This document shows positions 46,974-54,482 of a stretch of 64,000 nt of DNA, piece after piece. The notes under the pieces were generated by a model, which had not been told where the DNA came from, did not search any database, and saw only the letters and a list, made by a program, of their open reading frames with translations. The DNA is taken from assembly GCA_038884755.1 (NCBI GenBank), contig JAWABJ010000001.1:384001-448000 (forward strand), given 5' to 3'. The DNA comes from Candidatus Norongarragalinales archaeon (GTDB taxonomy: Archaea > Micrarchaeota > Micrarchaeia > Norongarragalinales > Norongarragalinaceae). Positions within the stretch are counted from its first letter, which is position 1; every line of letters starts with the position of its first letter. The position numbers and the translations under genes were made by a program.

Positions 46974-47363
46974 GTGGACAAAGTAGTGCATTTTGAAGTT
47001 CCTGCGGATGATTTGCCGAGGGCGAAAGCTTTTTACGAGAGAGTGTTCGGCTGGAAGATAGAGAAATACCCAATGCCCGACCCGGACGTTCCGTACTACG
47101 GCGTGCATACGGTTGAAGTGGACGAAAAGCACATGCCGAAAGAATCGGGCGCGATTAACGGCGGGATGATGAAGAAAGACGCTACCGCCCCTTACCCGGT
47201 CATCGTAATGAGCGTCGAATCGGTAGAAAAAACTTTGAAGAAAGCGGAAGCTAACGGCGCGAAAGTCGTAATGCCTACCGTGAACGTCATGGGAATGGGG
47301 CTTTACGCGCGAATCAAGGATTCGGAAGGAAACATCGTCGGCGTGTGGCAAGACTTGAAATGA
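46974..47363 (+). CDS. VOC/glyoxalase family protein
   Basis: VVHFEVP, RAKAFY..VFGW, INGG, DSEGN. Confidence 0.9.
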   Translation: MDKVVHFEVPADDLPRAKAFYERVFGWKIEKYPMPDPDVPYYGVHTVEVDEKHMPKESGAINGGMMKKDATAPYPVIVMSVESVEKTLKKAEANGAKVVMPTVNVMGMGLYARIKDSEGNIVGVWQDLK

Positions 47364-47920
47364 AGATAACGAAAAAAATTTACGTTACAACCGCAAGGCA
47401 ATGGCGGGCTTGGCTCAAGAAAAACCACGGGAAAGCCAAGGAAGTTTGGCTTGTTTACTACAAGAAACACAGCGGGAAAAAACGCATTCCTTACAACGAT
47501 GCTGTCGACGAAGCGCTGTGCTTCGGTTGGATTGACAGCACCGTGAAAACCATCGATAAAGACTCGTTCGCCCAGCGTTTTACTCCGAGAAGACCGTTAA
47601 GCAAGCCTTCGCAAATGAACAAAGAGCGCATGAGAAAACTCGCAAGGCAAGGGAGGATGACGAAAACCGGGCTCGACGCCGTCGCCCACGCGTTCCACCC
47701 GAAAAAACGGGAAAAATTTGCAATCGCGAAAGACGTTCTTGCGGCGTTAAAGGCAGACGAGGCGGTTTGGAAGAATTTCCGGAGCTTTCCTGCGCACTAC
47801 CGGCGCATTCGCATCGCGTACGTGGAAAACTATCGAGACAACCCCGGACAGTTCAAGAAAAGCCTCGAGAACCTCGTGAGAATGACTCGCCAAAACAAAA
47901 AGTTCGGAATGGTTCAATAG
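47360..47920 (+). CDS. YdeI/OmpD-associated family protein
   Basis: WRAWL..NH, AVDEALCFGWIDS, FTPRR..S. Confidence 0.88.
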   Translation: MKITKKIYVTTARQWRAWLKKNHGKAKEVWLVYYKKHSGKKRIPYNDAVDEALCFGWIDSTVKTIDKDSFAQRFTPRRPLSKPSQMNKERMRKLARQGRMTKTGLDAVAHAFHPKKREKFAIAKDVLAALKADEAVWKNFRSFPAHYRRIRIAYVENYRDNPGQFKKSLENLVRMTRQNKKFGMVQ

Positions 47921-47989
47921 CAAGCCCATCGAGCGCATTTTCAGAAGGGTTTAATAAATTCTTTCGGGCAAATGTCTTTTCGATACTCT

Positions 47990-48132
47990 GCAGGGGTAGC
48001 GAAGCCTGGTCAAACGCGACAGCCTCAAGTGACTTCTTTCTTTTGCGAAAAGAAAGAACTCAACTAGAAAGAAAACGCGTTGGAGCAAGCTGTTCTCTTA
48101 GGAGTTCGAGGGTTCAAATCCCTCCCCCTGCA
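47990..48132 (+). tRNA. tRNA-Leu(CAA) with 58-nt intron at 37/38 (intron 48030-48087)
   Basis: GCAGGGG/CCCCTGC acceptor, ACAGC-CT-CAA-G[intron]A-GCTGT, long variable arm, GAGGG-TTCAAAT-CCCTC. Confidence 0.92.
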
Positions 48133-48205
48133 CTAGTTTTTTAGGGAGCAGTTTTTTGGTCGAATCCTTTTAAAACCGCCCGAAAAAACAAAGGTGGTGT
48201 AGAAA

Positions 48206-49234
48206 ATGACCAAAGGACAAGGGATATACGACCAAAACAAGCAACTAGGCTGGGCGTTAAAAAGAACAGAACGAAAACTCAGCGTTCAAAACCAAAAGGT
48301 TGTGAAAGAATTTCACGACCATTGCTTCTCAGAAGGGTTAAGCACAGTAAGAATAGTCGGGTATGTAAATCGACTGAACAAGTTAGGGGAGTTTCTAGGT
48401 AAAGACTTTCAAGACTCTTCCAAGCAAGACATTGAAAATTTAATGGGTAGAATCAATCAAGCCAACTACTCAGAATGTTCAAAACAAGCATTCAAGGTAG
48501 CCTTAAAAAAATTCTTTAAGTGGCTCAGAAAAACCGAAGAATATCCTGAGGAAGTAAAGTGGCTGAAAACAGGAATAAAGAACTCCAAGAAAAAACTCCC
48601 TGAAGACTTGCTAACCCCCGCCGAAATACGCAAACTAATCGACACCGCTCAAAATCCACGCGATAAGGCATTCATTTCCGTATTGTACGAGTCGGGCTGT
48701 CGAATTTCAGAAATCGGCACGCTAGAAATACGCAACGTTACCTTCGACAAACAAGGAGTCGTTCTCATGGTCTCAGGGAAAACGGGAGACCGCAGAGTAA
48801 GGTTAATTCAATCTACCGATTTGTTGAGAATTTGGTTGTCTTGCCATCCAGGCAAAACAAGTGCTCACAATCCTTTGTGGTGTAGTTTAAGCAACAGCTG
48901 TAAAGGAAAACCAGTAAAATACGTTGCTTTCCGTAGGATTTTAGACCAAACCGCTCAAAAATCAGGTTTAAACACAAAGAAAGTCAACCCACACTCCTTC
49001 CGACACGCCAGAGCCTCTGAATTAGCCAATCACTTGACCGAAGCGCAGATGAAAGAATATTTTGGCTGGATGCAGGGGAGCGACATGGCTGCAACCTATG
49101 TTCACCAAGTGCTTTGTCTTCGTGACGAAAAAGAAGTTCAAGTACAGGTACTCGAAAATGCCGGGAGAAATAGTCACGAGAGCAACACTCAAGCACACAA
49201 TCGCGGAACTAGGCAAGACCTGGCTTTCTCCTAG
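48206..49234 (+). mobile_element. Tyrosine recombinase/integrase next to tRNA-Leu; native sequence appears to end just after the catalytic Tyr (about 49105)
   Basis: YESGCRISE, GKTG, HSFRHAR, FGW, ATYVH; AT-richer than flanks; C-terminal residues look like read-through into unrelated DNA. Confidence 0.85.
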
Positions 49235-49262
49235 GCTAGACGCATATATGATTTGGAGTTAA
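49106..49262 (+). pseudogene. Probable 3' remnant of an unrelated gene fused behind the integrase
   Basis: Open frame TKCFVFVTKKKFKYRYSK..YMIWS* with no convincing start of its own. Confidence 0.35.
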
Positions 49263-49385
49263 GTAGGCGGAAAATTTTCTGAATGCTCTTAGAATGCAGG
49301 AAGCGCTTTTTCACAAGAAAAATTAAGAGGAAAAAACAAGCCTTATATTAATTGGTTCGAGTAATTCTTTCAGAAAGTGATTTGA

Positions 49386-49575
49386 TTGATTGTAGCGGAA
49401 TTGGCGGAAAGGCTGAAGCACGGCGACACTCACTTTGGTAGCCACCCTATTTACTCACACGACCAAGTTATCGCGAGATTAAAACCAGAGTTCGAGAAAA
49501 CGATTGCTTCAGTGAATGACTCTTCAAAAAAACTTGGCTTCGATTTCAAACTGGAGGAAAAGAATCCGTTACACC
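49386..49575 (+). pseudogene. Probable 5' remnant of a hypothetical gene running head-on into the UbiA gene
   Basis: AELAERLKHGDTHFGSHPIY.. becomes the antisense of UbiA after about 49575. Confidence 0.4.
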
Positions 49576-50179
49576 CTGCAAAATTCGCGCGTTTTTTCCC
49601 GAAGAAAACCGGCGCAGCCTTTTTTCCGAAACGCTCGTCCCAATCGAAATCCTTCACGTCATCCACGATTTTCACTCCGTTCAAAACAAGCCAAACAGCA
49701 ATTGCAAACAAAATCATGCTAAACGGAGTCGCCCTTGCTTGAACGTAGTACCCGCCCAGCATCGCCAAAGCTAATCCCGTCGGGTAGCCGGCTGTCGCTC
49801 CAACCGGGTTCAAATCCATAGGCGCGTGGAAATACGCGAGCAAAAACCCGCATAGGATTATGGGGATGGCAAGCCAAAAGCCGAGAAAAGCGAAGTAAAG
49901 CAAGCACGCGATTACGCCCAGCGCAGACAAAGCCATTGCTTTTTCCGACTGTTTTTTTGTCAAAAAAGAAAACGAGTCTTCCCTCCTCTCGAAAAAATCG
50001 ACGTAAGAGTCTTTCACGTGCGCGAAGTAAAGCGCGGCGAAAACTCCCGCGCAAAAAACAAGCAGGTTGGGCGGGTTGGAAACGGGTGAGTAAAGCCCTC
50101 CCACTACCGTGGCTCCTACGGCTGCAACCATGAAAACCGGGTGCACTTGGGACCAGTAAACCGAAAAAGGGCTTGCCAT
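49451..50179 (-). pseudogene. UbiA-family prenyltransferase, 3'-truncated
   Basis: SQVHPVFM, HVKDSYVDF, DDVKDFDWD..GK Asp-rich motifs; the TM helices expected after the second motif are replaced by hydrophilic sequence. Confidence 0.7.
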
Positions 50180-50291
50180 CGCAGTCAGCGTACGAATTAC
50201 TCCGTCAAGAATTAAAGGCAAAGGTTAAATACCGCTCGAAGGTTATTATTTGTCGGGCATCCGATATGTAATCGCCCGAAGGTTGAAAGAA

Positions 50292-50900
50292 ATGGGAGAG
50301 TGGGACGAGTTGGCTGATGATTTTGAAATTGAAAAAACGGTTTCTTCGCTGAAGGCGAACGGCATCAACGCTTTTGTTGCCGGCAATGCCGAAGAGGCGA
50401 GAAAGAAAGTCCTTGAGCTTATTCCTGAAGGCGCGGAAGTAATGAACATGACTTCCGCCACGCTGGAATCTGCAGGGATAGCAAAGGAAATAATCGAGTC
50501 TGGAAAGTTTGACTCGGTAAGAAAAAAATTCGCGGCCATGGACAAAAGCAGGGAAAGTGAAAAGCGCAAGCTCGGCGCTGCTCCCGATTGGGCAGTGGGA
50601 AGCGTGCATGCGGTCACGCAAGACGGGAAAGTGCTCGTAGCGTCTGCAACCGGAAGCCAGTTGCCTGCGTACGCTTACGGCGCCGGAAAAGTAATCTGGG
50701 TCGTTGGAACGCAGAAGATAGTGAAAAACCTGGGCGAAGCATTCAAGCGCCTTGAAGAATACGTTTTTCCTTTGGAAGACGCGAGGGCGAAAAAAGCTTA
50801 CGGGGTTGGAAGCGGAATAAACAAAATTTTGATAGTAAACAAGGAATTCATGCCTGAGAGAATAACCCTTGTTTTCGTGAAGGAAAAGCTAGGCTTTTGA
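50292..50900 (+). CDS. LUD-domain (lactate utilization-like) protein
   Basis: [30 protein letters not shown]. Confidence 0.85.
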   Translation: MGEWDELADDFEIEKTVSSLKANGINAFVAGNAEEARKKVLELIPEGAEVMNMTSATLESAGIAKEIIESGKFDSVRKKFAAMDKSRESEKRKLGAAPDWAVGSVHAVTQDGKVLVASATGSQLPAYAYGAGKVIWVVGTQKIVKNLGEAFKRLEEYVFPLEDARAKKAYGVGSGINKILIVNKEFMPERITLVFVKEKLGF

Positions 50901-51305
50901 CGGCTTGAAATCCAAAGAGCAAGAGTTTATGCAATAGCGCTTGCCTTTGCGAGTAGGCCCGTCGTCGAAAACGTGCCCCAAGTGCCCGCCGCACTTTTTG
51001 CACAACACTTCAGTACGCGTCATTCCGTGCGAAGAATCCTGCTTCAAAACCACGTTTTTCTTGTTCACGGGCTCGTCGAAGCTAGGCCAGCCGGTGAAAG
51101 AATCGAACTTCGTGTCGGAAGAAAACAATTCTGCCCCGCAGCCGGCGCAGGCGTAAACGCCTTTCTCCTTGTTGTGCAAGTATTTTCCCGTGAAAGGCGG
51201 CTCCGTTCCCTTCATTCGCAAAACGCGGTATTGTTCGGGCGAGAGTTTTTCAGACCATTCTTTTTCCGAAGCGGACATTCGACTTTCTCGCGCGAGTTTT
51301 TTCAT
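50889..51305 (-). CDS. msrB: Peptide-methionine (R)-S-oxide reductase
   Basis: [37 protein letters not shown]. Confidence 0.96.
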   Translation of the reverse strand: MKKLARESRMSASEKEWSEKLSPEQYRVLRMKGTEPPFTGKYLHNKEKGVYACAGCGAELFSSDTKFDSFTGWPSFDEPVNKKNVVLKQDSSHGMTRTEVLCKKCGGHLGHVFDDGPTRKGKRYCINSCSLDFKPSKA

Positions 51306-51817
51306 TGCTTCCGCCTCGAGCGCATCAAAAGCAGGGAAAGGAAGAGAAAGAATACTACAACAAGCAAATCCGTCTCGGGAACAGTGCTTTTTTTCTTTAG
51401 GATTATGAACGCGTGGGGCTCGAAGGCGGAAAACACTTGTGGCCTGCCTTCCACTTCCTCTTCAACCTCGGCAGTTGCATTATAAGAGCCGTCCGGAAGC
51501 TCGCTTCCGAGCAAGCCCAGCAACGCGGGAGTGACGCGCACGAAAAACACGCCTTCTTTCGAAAACTGAACTTGATTTTGGGGGACTACCGTGCCGTTTA
51601 CCGTCACGCTAATCCTGTCTTTCGCTTCTTGCTGTGCCGGCAAGCCGTTTTGCGGGTAGTTGTAGAAAATCACGACGTCCGCGCTCGTTACGCTGTCGGC
51701 TGAAATCACTCCCCCTCCATCGATTCGGATTACGCTCCACGTTGGCGAGGGCGAAGGGGCTGCGAAAACAGCGGTGGAAAAAACCAGCATGAAGAGTGCG
51801 GCGAAAAGCAAGCGCAT
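51302..51817 (-). CDS. Secreted protein with VPE-motif C-terminal sorting-like signal
   Basis: Signal peptide ending AVFA; C-terminal VPETD + TM + RSRRKQ. Confidence 0.75.
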   Translation of the reverse strand: MRLLFAALFMLVFSTAVFAAPSPSPTWSVIRIDGGGVISADSVTSADVVIFYNYPQNGLPAQQEAKDRISVTVNGTVVPQNQVQFSKEGVFFVRVTPALLGLLGSELPDGSYNATAEVEEEVEGRPQVFSAFEPHAFIILKKKSTVPETDLLVVVFFLFLSLLLMRSRRKQ

Positions 51818-51859
51818 GAAAATACAATCGCAAGCCGCTTAAAAAACCCTAGACTGCGT

Positions 51860-52612
51860 TCAGAATTCCCCTAAGACTTTTTGTTTCTTCTGCAACCCCC
51901 TGATTTTAGCGGAAGGGTTTTGAATCTCGTAATCCAATTTGAAGAACTCAAAACCCTCGCTTGAAAGCATTTTCAAAGCGTTTTCCGTTATTTCTGGAGC
52001 GCACAGGATTCCGCGCACTCGCTTTCCCCTGCGCTTTTGCAGTTGTTCCACGTACCGCTTCAATTGCGTTACGGCATCCAACCCCGCGCTCCTTCTTTTA
52101 AGTTCGATTGCGACAAGGTTTTTCGCCGCGTCTTCGGCGAGAATGTCTATGCTTCCTCGCTTGACGTCGCTCTCGCCCTTGAGCGGCACAAGCCCTTTTT
52201 CTATCAACTGCAAGTCTTGCATGAGGATTTGCGCGAGTTCCTTCTCGCTCCCGAACAATTGCAGCTTCGTGTCATCGCGCATTGTGAAAGAATCGCAAAA
52301 GTCTATTCGCTTGAAACGCACTTCGATAACTTCATGCAACGGCTTGGTGCGTTCTGCTCTCACTACGAGCGCACCGCCTTCCTCTCCCACGCTCACTCTC
52401 GCGCCAGGGCCTTGGTAGTTTATCGCTTTCATTCCCGTGCTTTGGTGCACCAAAAACGTTCCGTCGTGCTTTATCACGAGAAGCCTGTCGCCTTCGCTTA
52501 GCTTGGAAGCTGCGCGGCCTTTATAGCGTATCGAGCAATTTCCTAGGCAAACGACCAGTTTTTTCTTGGACAAGGCGTCTTCAACGGCTTTTTTCGCTTG
52601 CTTGAATTCCAC
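51860..52612 (-). CDS. nucS: Endonuclease NucS/EndoMS
   Basis: C..Y.GRA.S.L..GDRL..K.DG, NYQ, G.IDIL, ELKR, AV.QL.RY. Confidence 0.93.
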   Translation of the reverse strand: MEFKQAKKAVEDALSKKKLVVCLGNCSIRYKGRAASKLSEGDRLLVIKHDGTFLVHQSTGMKAINYQGPGARVSVGEEGGALVVRAERTKPLHEVIEVRFKRIDFCDSFTMRDDTKLQLFGSEKELAQILMQDLQLIEKGLVPLKGESDVKRGSIDILAEDAAKNLVAIELKRRSAGLDAVTQLKRYVEQLQKRRGKRVRGILCAPEITENALKMLSSEGFEFFKLDYEIQNPSAKIRGLQKKQKVLGEF

Positions 52613-52632
52613 GCAACCACCACGCCTTCCCG

Positions 52633-53397
52633 CTAGATCAACTCTTCGCTCCCGTCGTTGAACCGCAGCAAGACTTCCTTGAAAGTTTTTTTCGCCGCGT
52701 AAGCGAGTTCATACATTTTTTCTTTTGAAGGTGCTTCAAGCATTTCAAAGTTTTTGTCTACGAAAGTTCCTTTTGCCCTTGGCTGGAACTGCTGCAAAGC
52801 GTAAAGGTCGGCGAATTTGCAGTGCTCGCAAATTTGTCGTATCGCCTCGGGCGTGTCGTTCAAGCCCGGGATTACGGTGGTGCGAAGTTCTTTGAAAACG
52901 TTTTTGCCGTCTTTGCTGGCTTCGAGGAATGCGAGCGAGGAAAGAATTTTGCTCACGAGGATTTTCGGGTCTCCGTTGAAAGAAGTGGCTTTCGCGTAGA
53001 GTTCTTCGGAAACCGGCACTTTCACGTCCATCTGTACGTAGTCCACGAACGGCAGCAAGTCACGCAGCGAATCCGGGTAGTAGCCTGAAGTTTCTATGCG
53101 CAAGGCGAAACCCATGTGCTTGAGTATTTTGGCGAGCTCAAGCAAGGCGTTGCCTTGAAGCAGAGGCTCTCCGCCCATGAAAACCACGCCTTCGGTATTC
53201 GCTTGGAGTTTGGAAAAATGCTCGACGAAGAAAGAACTGGGCTTGGAGTCGAAGGAATTCGAATCTGGATTGACTAAAAACGGCACGTTGCACCAATAGC
53301 ACTGCAGCGGGCAGCCTGCCAGGTAAACCACGCTCGCCGTTTTTCCGGGCCAAGCGGTTTCGGAAAAGTCGATTATAGAAGAGAATTTCAGGTTCAT
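52633..53397 (-). CDS. Radical SAM glycyl-radical activating enzyme (anaerobic RNR activase-like)
   Basis: GCPLQCYWC CxxxCxxC, GGEP, ETSG, MDVK, ELRTTVIPG, LQQF. Confidence 0.85.
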   Translation of the reverse strand: MNLKFSSIIDFSETAWPGKTASVVYLAGCPLQCYWCNVPFLVNPDSNSFDSKPSSFFVEHFSKLQANTEGVVFMGGEPLLQGNALLELAKILKHMGFALRIETSGYYPDSLRDLLPFVDYVQMDVKVPVSEELYAKATSFNGDPKILVSKILSSLAFLEASKDGKNVFKELRTTVIPGLNDTPEAIRQICEHCKFADLYALQQFQPRAKGTFVDKNFEMLEAPSKEKMYELAYAAKKTFKEVLLRFNDGSEELI

Positions 53398-53460
53398 GGC
53401 GTCCCGCCTTACTAACTGCGTCTTGCAATAAATTCCTTTTTGCAGTGGGAAAAAAAGGCG

Positions 53461-54468
53461 TCAAAGCTGGAGGAAGAACGCGAGGAGCGCAAGCAGGCCG
53501 AAGAGCGAGTACAAGAGCAAAACCGTTTTCACCAACGCGGGTTCGGTCATGGGCTTGAAATGCAAAATCCGGTAGAAGAACGTGTATTTCTCCGCGCCTT
53601 TGGGCGGTTCGAGAATGCCGTCAGCGTGGATTACGGGATTGTGGCACGCTTTTCTTCGTTCGACGCCCTTCGCCCAGTAGTAAACCGTGGCGCCAAGCTC
53701 GTAGAAAGCGGGAATGAAGAGGATTACGCCGTACTTTTCCATGTTTCCTATTATCACCGCGGAAGCTATTGCCGCGCCCAAAACCAGTGTTCCCACGTCT
53801 CCGGGGAATATTTTCGCGGGAAACCAGTTGTACTTCAAAAACGCCAGGCACGCGGCGAGCGTAGAGGAGAGGATTACCGCAGCGGGAAAAGAGCCGACTT
53901 GCAGGGAAATGAAAAGCAAAAACGCCGATACCACGGCAATGCTTCCGGCCTCGACTCCGTTGTACCCCGCGGCCATGTTCACGGCGTTGGCAGCGCCGGT
54001 CACGCCCAGGGGAATGAGGATGAAAGTGTAAATCAAGCCGAAGTCCACGTAGCCCAGAAAAGGCAGGCTCATGGTCGTGTCTCCGGCGGTAATGGCGACA
54101 AGCGGAAAAGCCCCGACGACTGGAATCAACGCTTTGGTCTTCCACGACAGCTTGAAAACGTCGTCGAAAATGCCAGTCAAAGCCAGGAGGGTGATGGAAG
54201 CCAGGGAGGCGAGAAGCAAATTGGTTTCAAGAATTTCGTTCTGCATGAAAACCAAATACAGGATTGCAAGCATTATTCCCGATGCGATTCCTGCGAATAT
54301 CGTGAAACCTCCGAGGTACGGGACTCTGGGCTTGTTTTTCTTGTTGTCGTCCGTGCCGAATATTTTCTTCCTGCGGGCGCTGGAAATTAGTATGGGCGTG
54401 GAAAAGAAGGTGATTGCGAAGGAAATTGCGGCGAACGCCGTCAGCAGACCCAAGTCCAGCGAAGCCAT
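53461..54468 (-). CDS. Polyprenol-phosphate GlcNAc-1-phosphate transferase (GPT/AglH, MraY superfamily)
   Basis: VPYLGG, GIFDD, ANAVNMAAGYNGVEAG, NWFPAKIFPGDVG. Confidence 0.92.
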   Translation of the reverse strand: MASLDLGLLTAFAAISFAITFFSTPILISSARRKKIFGTDDNKKNKPRVPYLGGFTIFAGIASGIMLAILYLVFMQNEILETNLLLASLASITLLALTGIFDDVFKLSWKTKALIPVVGAFPLVAITAGDTTMSLPFLGYVDFGLIYTFILIPLGVTGAANAVNMAAGYNGVEAGSIAVVSAFLLFISLQVGSFPAAVILSSTLAACLAFLKYNWFPAKIFPGDVGTLVLGAAIASAVIIGNMEKYGVILFIPAFYELGATVYYWAKGVERRKACHNPVIHADGILEPPKGAEKYTFFYRILHFKPMTEPALVKTVLLLYSLFGLLALLAFFLQL

Positions 54469-54482
54469 TTTTCAAACCGCCT

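Noticed and set aside
31168..48087. C/D-box guide RNAs or homing endonucleases in the tRNA introns
   Set aside because: There are no RTGATGA/CTGA box pairs, and the introns are too short to code.
49200..50300. attR copy of the tRNA-Leu 3' end
   Set aside because: Only a short GGTTCGA match near 49354 was found, too short to be an attachment site.
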